Part shown: piece after piece, positions 51,695 through 64,000 of the stretch
Layout of the letters: the number at the start of each line of letters is the position of its first letter
Numbering within the stretch: the stretch's first letter is position 1
NCBI GenBank assembly: GCA_047967505.1
Contig: CM106538.1
DNA from: Dipteris shenzhenensis
Taxonomy: Eukaryota
Reading direction: 5' to 3' (one strand)
Length of the DNA stretch: 64,000 nt
Position numbers and translations under genes: made by a program
Notes under the pieces: generated by a model
What the model saw: only the letters and a program-made list of their open reading frames with translations
Database searches by the model: none
What the model was told of the DNA's origin: nothing

Positions 51695-54600
51695 CTCTTT
51701 CATGTCCACTTTAATTTTTTTTTTCATTTCACTATGAAAAAGGTTTAGTCGAGTCTTCACACACACACACACACTCATCCCCTTGGGGACCCTTTTGTAC
51801 TTTAGGTTTTCCAATGTAATGATGGCCCATGGAAACATATTATTATATGGAAGTCCTAGAGAAAGTATATGATGTCCCACATAATATGTTGAGGACCCCT
51901 AGATTTATTCGTCTTGAGGTGGGAGAGATATTGGACCAAAATACCTAATGCTATATTGATATTTGAAAAAGAGGGGATGGATATCCTTATCATGGTTTAT
52001 TTATTGGAAAACCTTGGGTTTATTTGCCATGTGGTGCAAAATATCTTGAACCACCATGCTTGATATACTTATTGGGAAGAGGTACCTCTAATTATAGCTT
52101 ATTTTTCATGGTAGTCAAGTGCGGGACTACCTCTTATTGATCAAATCTATGGATACCCCAAAGCTTGTCTTGGATCACTCGAGAGAACTGCCATGAAAAA
52201 TGGTTAATTTAGTGTGCTTCCTTTAGTGTGCTCTCTTGTGATCATGATTTCTCTTGCCTCTGAATAACATTTCATGGAATGGCCATGGCATGAGTGAAGT
52301 GGATGAGTAATTGATGCCCTAAGGATGACATCTATCTATGACCCCCTGGACATGGGAAGATATGGCAGACTGTAAGCACCCTCCTTTGGACCTCTACTAG
52401 TGCAAGGTTTAGCACTTTCAGTAATAAAGGAGAGGGGCTTGGACCACACCCACGAGGAAGTAGCAAGAGTGTGCTCTTAATGCGTTTTATGCCTAACTGT
52501 GACTAAAACGCCTAACTATGACTCGCACAAACTATCCTTCACAAGCTTGTTGCTCCACTCATGAAGCTTTGATATTTTTGATCGCATGCTCAAAGTGCCT
52601 TGAACACCTTCTATGAGATAGAGATATGGGTTACACCACTATTGCTACTTAAACTACAACTCGGTGATGATTCTTCAGGTTGAGCTCCCAAGCTCGACTC
52701 TCGATCCTCTATTGTCAATTGCATGGAGCACTCAAGGGACAACCAATAAAGGAGATGGAATTTGGGAACCATATTGTTAGTCTATAATACAAGCCCTGCA
52801 TGCGCTTCTACCAGGTATTCACACTACCCCTTTGAAATAAAAAATGAACAGCTCGCCCTTCTCCCACGCTACCTTCTCGGATATTTACTTTGTAGATGAG
52901 CTTTGGGGAAGGTGAAGGAAAAAAAGGAAAGCTACAGCTAACACTTGTAACTCACAAAATTCTGGGCACGTGAAACTTGAGTGGAGAGCAAGCTTGTTAC
53001 AAAAGAGTTTGCTTTCTGTGTATATACTACGAAAGAGTAGCTGCATCTATATTGGGACTTTCTATAGAGTGGCCAAAGTGCAATCACTTTACGACAAACT
53101 TGAGCATTTGTCTCACTCTACGTTCATAGAGGCTCGTGGATCCATGAATTGTTGCACTTACCGGTGGATGAAGGTAGATTTAGGGGGGTTTGGTTTGTGC
53201 ATAGCAGAAGCGATGGGCCCGTACATTGTCGGAAGGGTGGGTCCTATCCTCTTCAATGCTACAGATAGGATGAACCAAACACCCTTACATCTGTCCCAAG
53301 CCTCACTAGTCGCTAGACAATCCACAAATGCTCCACTAGTTCTATTGCCTTGGCTTGAAATCATGGTGTGTGAGCGCACACACATAGACATACTTTAATT
53401 TTTTGTCTTAATTAGTTTTGATCCTAGTTAGAAAATTTTGTTATATTTATTAGCATAATTATTCCCCCCTTTTTTAAATAAAAACCACCGTTGAGTTTAA
53501 CCTTGTTATAAATAATGTCGTTTATATTCGTATATCTCTTATATTAACTTTAATTACAAGGTAGCTCAATTTCTAGTTTTCATTAGTAATAGATATATTT
53601 TATGTAAGTGTGCATGACAAGGTCAAGAGTACTATATCTCTCATCATATGTCTCCCAAGTGTATCCTTCAAGGTTGCCAACATCCTTCTCTGCAATACCA
53701 TGCCCAAGACTCTATTTGCAAATCCGATGGAGAGGTGTGCCAACTCACCTGGCACCATCACAACCAAATGAAATCTAGAACATTTCATTCAAGATGTGGA
53801 AGCTAGGCTTCAATGCCGGCACACAGTTGTTATCCATGTCACTCTATCTAGACTAGCAATTATCAAATCCTGGCATTGTAGTATTAAAAAAAGATTAGAG
53901 GTTGGCTTTTAAAGAGTTAGTGAAATGCTTATAAAATTTTAAAGTAATTTTCAAGGGAATATATGGAATAATCACAGGTCATGTTGTCCTTTATTTTCAA
54001 TTCTTATCCAATCATAATGCTGAATGATCTTAGACCTACAAACAAGAACCCTGAAAAAATGATGTATAGAAACCTGCATATAGAACACAAGGGTAAAATC
54101 TGTCTTGACTCAGCTCACATCCAAGACAATTCCATGTTTCACTTACCAATCATATCCATGAAGTTCTAGAGGGAAGCCAAAGATATCTTCGAGGAACCCA
54201 TACTTCAAAGATTGGCTCCCATATTTCTTTAAAAGTGTAAGAAATTTTCTTATCAAATGCTCTAAGAGAAATTCCCCAAGGAGTACCAATGAGAACCTCA
54301 AATTTGTATGACTTTAAAATACAGGGAATAATCATTATGAACAAGGATTAGACAATTTACAAAGTTTAAAAGGCAAGTAAGGGCATCCCAAGGGAATCTC
54401 CATCAAGAATTGCCCTTGTCCCCCCTTGGTCTATCACTACAACAGAACCCCTCTATATGAAAAGGATTTAGACAGTGAGAATAGTTGTGCAAAGGTGGGG
54501 GGTAAAGAATCGTGCTCATAACCTTATCTGGGTCATTTGGGGCCTATAAGCCAAGCATGTCCATTAAAATTCCTCCATCTTCCCTTAACAATATCCTTTA

Positions 54601-55450
54601 TGGTCCTATCAATTTCTAGTTCTCACTTGTCATGTTTAGAAATCACTAGAAATTATGTATGTGAAACCACCATCCAATTATTCCTGTTGTGATTCATAAC
54701 CTTGGAGGAAAAAGACATTCCAAATTTACCAAATCTCATAGTACATGTAAAGGACCAAAAAATACAACAAAGGCACCTTTCTCTCCAACTTTCAATAATA
54801 ATATCCAAGGTCATCACAGTGTTGAACAAGTGTAGGATACACTTCTCCCATACCAATGTGGGACCGTCGCATAAAAGTCATGTGGACGCATCATGCACAT
54901 CTGGGGTCACAAGGGTCCCCAAGGGGAGGTGTGTGTGTGTGTGTGTGAGAAGGGGGGGAGGGGGTTGTGACAATGGGGGTCAATTCATATGAAAATATTA
55001 GGGATAGGGATAAATTTGACTAGGGACTAGTTAGGGCAGAGATAAAAAAGCTCTAAAGTTCTCAAAGTATAGTTAAAGTTCTAAAGAGGTTTAAAAAAGG
55101 GGGGTTAATTGTAAAAAAATGAAACAATTAAAACATAAAAAAGAAAAAAAAGTGGGAATTAGAAACTAAATTGAAGGGGGGAGAAACAATAAAATTAATA
55201 ATTATCTTTAAAAAAATCTTGAAACAAGAACCAAACATAGATGTGGAAAAAGGGGGAAGAGGGTGGAAATTTTTACTAAGAAATTCGTGTGTGTGTGTGT
55301 GTGGAGGGGGGGGGGGTGTGGGGTGGGAGGGGTGGTGGGAGGGTGTGTGAAAATGAGAAAATTATTAAGATTTGTGTGTGTGTGTGTGTGTGACTCGACT
55401 AAACCCGTTTCATAGTGAAATGAAAACAATATTTAAAATGGACATGAAAT
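51695..55450. mobile_element. Possible long-TIR (foldback/Mutator-like) element
   Basis: 51697-51795 is the reverse complement of 55380-55450 plus 54910-54945 (TTTCATTTCACTATGAAA..GGTTTAGTCGAGTC-(CA)n-CCCTTGGGGACCCTT). No TSD seen. Confidence 0.45.
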
Positions 55451-56349
55451 AGAAAAATGATGTGAAACATTATAAACCAAACCAAGACGTTCACAAATTT
55501 GAAAAAGGTCTGTAGAATGCATGATTGTACAAACAAGTTTTTCTTTGATAAGTTGTAGCAAGCATCACTTTTATTAACATTAGTTTGATAGAAGGACGTA
55601 AAAATGTCATAGAACACTTTTATGTCCTATCAATTTAGCAACTTCCTAGAATTATTCAAAAGCATCGATAAGGTATTTTGGGTTTTTGATTATTTTTCCA
55701 TAATAGCTTGTATGCTGAAAAAAACTTGAAATTATTATGGATTAGAACTTGCACCTATTACTTTGAGTTCTACCTAAAGTTTTAAGGTCAACCTAACACT
55801 GACATTTCAAGTTGTTTTCTCAAGTTTGAGATAAAATGGCCATACTTCTTATTTAGAATGAGTTTTCTTAGTCTAGTTTGTAAGTCCTAGAGTCTACGGA
55901 TAATTATAACACATATTTTTATATCTCCTCGAAGCTAGATAATCAAATTCATTATAATGTATGGCCTTAAATGTAATTTTAGTGAATGTTGATGGTAAGG
56001 GAAAAATCTATCTTTTACAAATTCTTTGACATGTCTCTAACAAGTTTCAAACTCAACCATACTTATACATGCCTTCAATAGGATATTATGGAGTAGCGTG
56101 AGTTTTTAGGGGACCTAATGTCATGTAGAACACCAAATGTAAATCGTATATTAATTGTTCCTCATGCTGTAATTCATGCTAAATTCAAGATGGAAGGGTT
56201 TAAGGATATCATAAGAACCTTAATATGCTTAAAATTATACTAATAGAGTGCCTCGAATCATGAATCATTGATACCAATTTTAAAAAGTTATATGCAGAAC
56301 ACTTATATATATGATAATTCAAAATTATAAAAGTGTGTAGACTTGCGGG

Positions 56350-59300
56350 AGTGCAGACCCATGGCACGAGCTCCTTGGGCTTTGTGAGTTCCATCACTTC
56401 ATCATCCATAGGATAATTAAGGGACTTAGTGATGATGACGTGGCACCAGGATTGAAAATTGAGAAGGATGGATGGGTGGATAGTGTTTGGAGATTAGAGG
56501 GGCGGAGAAGAGATAGAGAAGTGGGTTGAAGATCAAGAGAGAAGTATGACATGGCTAATATGGGGCAATAGTGGTCGGGGTTACGGCGATGAAGGATAGT
56601 CTAGAGGGTGTTAGGCGAAAGTGGAGTAGTGAGGTCTAGGTGGAAGATGAGATTTTGTACGCGGAGTGCATCAAAGATGAGATTTTGTACGCGGAGATGG
56701 TGTGTGGTGCAAGTGTGTATGTGGCTAATTGTGCAGACACCTCCCTGTACATCCGGAACTCCTATTGCTCGTGGTCTTCCAATCCTGACTCCTCTAATTG
56801 GTTGGTGGCACACTGGCGTTTGATTTCTTCTTGGAGGGAGACTGTTAGGTTCCTCTCTTGTGCCAGGAGATCCTGTAATGATCGAAGCTGTTGTTCGTGG
56901 GACTCATGTGAGCACGCGTACCACTCCTCTGCTTGTGCCTGTTGCTCCAGTGTTGTGCGTAGGTTCAACTTTGCCTTGTCTACTTGGTCCATGTGCGTTT
57001 GGACCAAGGATTCACTAGTGGCGAGCTTGTCCTTGAGCCTTGTAAGTGCGAGCTCAAGCTCTTCAACTTTGGCCTGGTATTCTTTGGCTCTATTAATTAC
57101 AGCATGGCCTATTGCTTGTGCTATGACCATTGTTGATTGGCTTTCATGCGCAGAGAGCTAGGCTTGGATGAGACTGGCAGAGAGTTGTGAGGCTTGTTCC
57201 TACGCAGTTGTCACGCGCGGACCTGATGGAGCTAAACCTCTTTGAAGCCATGGCACAACTCCCACAGGTCGCCCGAATGATTTTAGAGAGGACAGTCCAC
57301 TATAAGTGGTGCTATAAGCCATAGTTTATACTATTTAGAACAGTGTATAAGCTATGTCATGTGGCTATAGCTACCTGATGCCTTATATTGGGGCGTGCTC
57401 CAAATTGTAAGGCCTCTACTAGGCCTGCCCATGGAGTGGAACAAGTGCCAGTGGCAAAGGATGTTGTCTCTTGAGGGGTGGTGGAGGCTGAGACATAGGG
57501 CATAGTGGGGGTGGTCAGCGTAGCTTCGCCTCTTGTATGGAGACCTATTTCGATTGTCTCATCGCCCTGAAGATCTTCAATGAGAATAGGCTCCACTTGA
57601 ACCTATTTGCCCTTGCCTTGAGGATTCGCTCACTGGAGATGCAGTTGTTGATGCATGAACTCGTGCAACTGGCAGTCCTCATATTGAGCGAGCAACTGAC
57701 TTGTGTTCGGTTGCATATGAATTGCCAGAGTGACACTCTGCAAAATTCTTGAGAACCCCCTGTTTGTAATGGGAGAGTATTTTGATAGCAATACCTCCTT
57801 TGACCTCCTCATGTTAAGGTGTAACACTACTCTCTTTCCTTGTTGTGATGGCTTTAAGCCTTGCCTCAAGGGTACTATTTGTTACCTTGGCCTCTTGTAG
57901 GGCCAAAAAGTAGGTGAAAGAGAATTTTCTCTTAGCTAACTAGCTATAACTCCCCTCTTGAGGGTTTAATTAACCCACATACATTTAGTGTGAGGAAGGA
58001 AATAGGCTTACTCACCAATTTCTTTTGCTCCTTTTTGACCTCGGGGTTGGGGCTCTTAGCATGGGCTGAGGCTTCTTTGACCTGGGGTAATATCCTCTTA
58101 TTTTGTATTCGGGGGGTGCACTATTAAGGAACCTAGATACCATGTGCATTCAAGGTGTATTTTAAAAACCCCTTACCTGTGAATTTTGCTTGGATAAAAA
58201 TACCCCTTTTTCTATACAAACTTATATGATTTTTTCAAAGTTCAAATTAAAAATCCCATATGTATATACATTTTTCTAAATTTGCCTAAAGTTTTTGAAT
58301 TGAAAAGCCCCTCCATTTGAACCCACGTTTTATAGATACATATTTCTAGGTGAATCCCCAGGGATTCCATATGACTACCAGAGCTTTTCCCTGCATAGTC
58401 ATGTCTTTCTCAAATTGATGAGGTACAGGAAGGTCTTCTTTTGAGTCATATTCATTATCCCATGTCAACATCTCATCTGTCTTAGTAATGTCTTCTTCAA
58501 ACTCTTTAGACCAAGCACTCTCAAACTCCTCCTTGGGATTCTCAAGCATCTTCTCCTCTAGGTCTTGATCCACAGGGTTTTTTGAAACAATAGAAGGCTC
58601 TCCTTTACTTTCAAAATTCTCCTTTTTGCCAATACTTGGAGTAGACTGATCTTTTGGGATATTGGTATGCAAGTTTTCTAGTTTTGAGAGGTTTTGCATG
58701 TGGGGTGTCAACCTTAGAATCCACCTTTCATTAGGATTTGTGGGAGGAGATGTAGGAGCAAGCTTGTGGCTTTGGCCTTCTTAAGAGGACAATTGTTAAC
58801 TAGGTGGCTTGCAAGGCCACATGGAAACAAGAATTAGGGAAGTTCTTGTAAACAAGAGACTGCTCTCTAAAACTTCCCCTCTCTTGTTAAGTAGGAAAAG
58901 AGTGTTGGGTTACAATTCTTTAGCTAAATCAAGCTTAACTTAGACTTGAGGATTACTATGGGGATTAATGACTATTTTCTATCTACCCTCACAACTTCCC
59001 CTAGCCAACTATAGAGAGAATCCGCTTTTGATAGCATAGAAGATTGGGTCAGTCTACCCACACCAGAAGTTTGGTTGACAAAGATCGTCTAGGCTAACCT
59101 TGGTCTCCAAGCCTCTAGGTACAAGGGCTAGTTCACTGAAGTAGAACTTGGGCCATAGAATTGCAAACTCAAGGGGATTTGGGTGCTCCCGCATGTGAGT
59201 GGAAGCTTGGCTGCAGTTCCCAAGGGGTTTTTGGTGCTCGCCCATGTGAGTGGCTACCCATGTCCACCTGCAACTTTTTTGAAAGATGCAACCAAGCTTC

Positions 59301-60863
59301 CAATGCATGGGACTAAATCTACTACTCAGATTCATCCAATAATTCTCCATGATCAATAACAATTGAGATAGTCTTACTTGAACCAGCAGAGCCATTCGTT
59401 CATGAAGACTTGTCGCCTTGGTTCTAAATGATTCATGGACTCTCTAGTGTTCATTGTCCTCCTCTTGAGGCTCCTTTTGAGGCTCCTCTTGAGGAGGCTA
59501 GTTTTCTTGGTGTTGGTCTTCTACTACCGGTATTTTTGGAACTCTATGCACCACCCTCTTCGGTCTCTATTCTTTAGCTTTCTCCTCCCTTCGTATCTCG
59601 AGTTCTCTATTGTCGATGGTACAACAACTATCAAAATTGGTTTACCTTTGCAGAAGGGTATTCTAAAAGAACCTCCTTCTGATTTTTGTATTGTGCTCAC
59701 ATAAAAGGCATGAGATTTAGTACCTTGTAGAGCCGAGCCTGATGCATGTTCTTCGGGGTTCTCGGCATCACCACCAAATCTTGGGTATCCATGACCCATA
59801 GAGGCTCCACCACGTCCTACAAAGGAGCCTCCTCTTCTAATACTTCTCCTTGACACTACAAGGCATAGGCCCTTTTTCGACAAAAATAACGACGCTTTTT
59901 ACAGTATATACATTTTTTAAGTGGGCGCTATTAGCTGGAAACGAAATCAGGACAAGAGGCTAGACACTAAGCATGGCGTCGCTCAAGGGCCATAGAGGAA
60001 AGGAGAACGTGAGGGCGAAACATCATCATGGGAGGGGAAATGGGACTAGAAGTGGAGGGAATGAAGAAGGAGACTATGGCACAAGGGGAAAGAGAGAGGG
60101 GGGAGAGAAGCATGTACATGATGGGAGGAGGAATGTAAAGATGGAGACATCAAGGGAAGAGGGCCATGCTTTATTTGAAAGGAAGGAAAGGGGGAAATCA
60201 AAGTACTAGCTAGGTGGCTTTACAAGAATGAGCGTGTCTCATCAAGGAATAGCCCCCTCTTTTTATAGCCAAGAGAGGGGGTCTCTCCCAATAAATGCAT
60301 CCTCCCACATGCATGGTGTGTGTGGAAAAGTCTCCCATGTGGGCTAGGCAGTTACACACTCTCAATTGTGTACGACAACCCTTTGCCTCATTTTTCCACA
60401 TAAATCAAGCCCCATATCTCAAGTCTATGATACTCCCTTGGTCTCTCCCCAATTTTATAATACGTTCAAACCTCTAGGAGGACAAGTGGACGGTTGGCAC
60501 AAGGAATCTTGCCACCTCATCCTACTTTCCCCATTATTTAACTTGCATTCTTGGACCTTCTGTACCTCCCCCACATGGGCCTATCCTACATGAAGGGAAT
60601 AATCCAATATGATATCCATCTCCATCTATTTTATATTACTTCTCCCATGGACTTTGGGCCATATCTCACTAAATGTAGCCTAGATGGAGGGGTGGCACAT
60701 GGAGGAGCCATGCCACCTTACATTTTATAATATTACTACCATGGATCTTATGTACATCACACCTTATGGGTCCTCTTACGTGGAAGGGTGGCACATGGTC
60801 ATGCCCTGCCACCTCAACCCTGGGCCCTATGCACACCATATTTTATTATACTATTGCCACACA
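56350..60863 (-). mobile_element. Gypsy-type element: LTR, PBS-like site, gag start and coiled-coil extra ORF fragments
   Basis: LTR 59936-60863 (TG..CA on minus, TATA near 60262), PBS-like TAGCGCCCAC at 59921-59930, YPRFGG..NPEEH at ~59790, coiled-coil ORF 56762-57130. Confidence 0.5.
58108..58363. mobile_element. hAT-type MITE, copy 3
   Basis: Ends TTCGGGGGGTGCAC / GTGAATCCCCAGGG, internal similarity to 18855-19112, decayed TSD ATTTTGTA/ATTCCATA. Confidence 0.65.
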
Positions 60864-60869
60864 GAAGTT

Positions 60870-63800
60870 GCAGCAAGGAGGGCGATAGCTTCAGCCCACT
60901 TAGTGACATACTGAGTGGCCACCAAAAGATACTTCTTTTTGCGGGTAGTCATGGGCAAGGGCCCGACACTATTTCCATGGGTGTCCCAAACCTTGTGCAG
61001 ATATGTTCAAATATGAAATTTGAAACTGCCTTACCATTTGCAGTAGGGAGGGCGATAGCTTCAGCCCACTTAGTGACATACTGAGTGGCTACCAAAAGAT
61101 ACTTCTTTTTGCAGGTAGTCATGGGCAAGGGCCCGACAAAATCTATTCCCCACTTCTGAAACGGATGGATGGACATCACTAAGTGATGTTGCCCAGGATG
61201 CAAATCCTTCCTAACAAAGAATTGGCATGGTTCACAGGTTTGGCAATACAAAGTGACATCCTTGAACAAGGTCGGCCAATAGTATCCAGCATGTAAAATC
61301 TTCTTAGCTGTATAGTCACTGGCATAGTGGCCTCCACAAAATCCATCATGATAATGCTTCAATACCTTAGGCACTTCATCTGCATCAATGGCCCATTTTA
61401 GTACCCCATCCATGCCTTAACGGTACAACACCCCATCAAAGAGGGTGTAGCACCTATTATCTCTGCAGATCTTCTTTCTCTCATAGCTAGTACTTTTTGG
61501 AGGAAAGGAGAAAGCAGTCAGAAACCTATAGATACCACCATACCATGGATCCCCAACTTCTATGGCCGCTACAAGGGTTACATCAAGGCACTCCTCTAAA
61601 TCAATCAAAGCATTCTTCAAGTTGGAACAACCCCCTTTTACAATTTTGAAAGAAAAATCATATTCTTGTAAAACTGCCAACCATTTGGCCAACCGGCCCA
61701 TGGGGTTTGGTGATGGAAGAACCTGCTTTGCAAGACCAGTGCTAGTGAGTATAATGATGGACTTTCCAGCCACATAATGCTTAAATTTCTCAATGCAGAA
61801 CACCAAAGACAAGGCATGCTTGTCAGCCTCTGAATAGCATCGCTCAGTGTCGAGCAATTGTGGAGAAGCAAATCGAATGGGATACATGAACCGATCCTCC
61901 CCTTGCTGAAGAAGAATGCCTGCCAGAGTGTGCTCACCAAACCTAAGATTGATATAGAAAGTGTTTGACCAATCTGGATTGCATAGAATGGGTTCTGAAG
62001 CCAGAGCATTCTTGATTTGTTCAAACCCATGATCACAATCCTCATCCCAAGAGAAATCAGCCCCATCTTTCAATAGCATAGTCATGGGTCATGTCAAAGT
62101 AGCATATTGATCAATGAAGCGATGATAGTATCCTGCTAGATTGACAAATGAGCGTACCTGATGTTTGGTTGTTGGTGGGGAGAGCTTGAGGATGGCTTCT
62201 ACCTTCTCGAGGTCAGGCTTGACGCACTCAGATGAGACAATCTTTGAAAGGTAGTAGGAGCATTGGTGAGGCCAAATGGCATTACTTTGAATGCAAATGT
62301 CCCCCAATGTGTGGCAAATGTGGTTTTAAGCACATCTTCTTTGGCAATTCTGATTTGATAAAACCCGAAGTAACCATCATAGAAAGTATACATCTCATGA
62401 CCACTTACCTTCGCAAGAATGAGGTCTTGAAAGGACAGAGATGATGATCCCTCTTGGTGGCTGCATTGAGTTTCTTATAGTCGATGCGAACCCGCCACTT
62501 GTTGTTTTTCTTTAGGGTGACTACCATTGGTGAAACCCATTCAATATTGTGAACCGAAACAATAAACCCAGCTTCTACAAGTTTTCGTAAATCTGAGCAC
62601 AAAGCATCAATCTATAGGGGCCCTAATCTCCGATACTTTTGAGCCACAGGCTTTGCATCAGGCTTCAGCTCTATCTTGTGTTCTATGGTAGTCACATGGC
62701 AAAGGTGGTGGTAGCTATTTGCGAAAAGGTCAGGGAAATCTTTGAACATTTCTAGGAACTCATCTTTCTCACTTGGAGTGAGGTCTGGGGAAAGCATAGA
62801 TTCAAGTTGTTGAGGACTAGCTGCTACCTTTTCTGTAGGTGGCGGGGTTGGAGACACTCCCATCATGTAAACTTCCTCATCTGAGAACTCCTCCCCCCGT
62901 CTGATCCTTCCATTGATTTAGACACCGAGGATGAGAGAGTATCACTGTCTTGCTCCTCTTCTTCTTCTGGTTCCGTGGCACCTGGTTGCACCGAGATCTT
63001 CTCCTTAGAAGTAGCAACAAAAGACATGTGTCCTGTCTTCCAATAGCTGACTGCATCACTCTTTCTCAACCATGGTCTCCCGAATATGGTTAGGTAACTC
63101 CACTACATAGAAATTGATGGTGGTGATCAACCCATTAACAGTGATGGGCAGATCCTCAATGACTCCCAAGGTGGCGAGTCGTCGACCATCTGCTACCTTA
63201 ATTCGAGTGGAGGAATGCCTTGTGCATTTCAAATTCAATTTCTTCATGATTCGGGGCACCATGATATTACATGCAGCTCCCCCATCAACACACACACTTT
63301 TGACACGGCAATTATCTATGATGACATCTATTGTATGTGGGTGCCGATCAATTTCTTTAGAGATAGAAGATACCTCTCGTACCTTTCCCTTTTTCTTGCT
63401 CCTCCTTGTGCAGAGCCCTTGCTACAACTCACGTCTCACCTTAGGGCTTAATGCTATTAGTTGAGGGAGCGTGATGCTCAAAGATCGATGAGCAAGGTCC
63501 TGAATGACTGAATAGTCCTCTTGCCCTGAGCCGATGGGAAATTTTAAGGGCGACCACTTACTCCTGTGGGATCTTTTAGTCTTCTCTGTTGTGGGTCTGC
63601 CATCTCAGCATCTGAGGGCTCTAAGAAGGACACTTCTTCCTTGGGCGGCCTGGTCCATGGTTTGGAGAGGGGCCCGAGGAGGTATGACTTCTTTTCCAGA
63701 GGTCAAGGATCTCTACGTCAAAATCCTCAGTGCCTGATTTACTTAGAAGATTCACCCTTGGAATATTGGGACATTCCGTGCGAGAATGACCCTTCTGGTG

Positions 63801-64000
63801 GCACTCGTAGCATACAACATTAGCATGGTCTCTTGGAGGGCCGTTGGCTTAATTTCTGATGGCCACCATCTCAAGTCGAAGATCATTCAGGGCCTTGGCT
63901 AGCTCATTGACTCCGGGCCTCTTTAGCTGGAGGGGTTGAGGGAGTAGAAAGGAGGGGGGCTCGTGGGCGAGGTTGGGGAAATCTTTGAGGCAGAGGGTGA
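60870..64000 (-). pseudogene. pol: Ty3/gypsy pol (PR-RT-RH-INT), decayed
   Basis: VDGGAACNIM (protease), VSPMVVTLKKNNKWRVRIDYKKLN and MPFGLTNAPTTFQR (RT), GRLAKWLAVLQEYDF (RNase H), HDGFCGGHY...YWPTLFKD...C..CQ and WGIDFVGP (integrase). The YxDD segment appears deleted near 62230. Confidence 0.93.

Overview
Repeat-dominated land-plant genomic DNA. The style of the PLS-class PPR remnants suggests a fern, which is an inference. One intact gene is present: a BTF3/NAC-beta subunit (ATG 44361, five coding exons, 154 aa) with a hAT remnant in its long intron. A CpG-rich island at about 20.3-23.0 kb supports an unrecognised spliced minus-strand gene model and lies between the two arms of a ~3.3-kb inverted duplication carrying PPR pseudogenes. 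The most striking structure is a 6.5-kb Sola2-like DNA transposon (7749-14250) with GGG termini, a ~30-bp TIR and a TAAT TSD. It carries an intron-containing pseudogenised transposase, ~24 copies of the palindrome TACCTCGATCGAGGTA, a ~380-bp AT-rich satellite and signs of a second, convergent transcription unit. Other elements are a gag-only LTR element with TSD, several decayed Ty3/gypsy elements (one with an internally inverted LTR and a large extra ORF region), Ty1/copia, L1, CACTA and Penelope-like remnants, and a three-copy hAT-type MITE family. All family calls come from motif recognition by eye; no searches were run.
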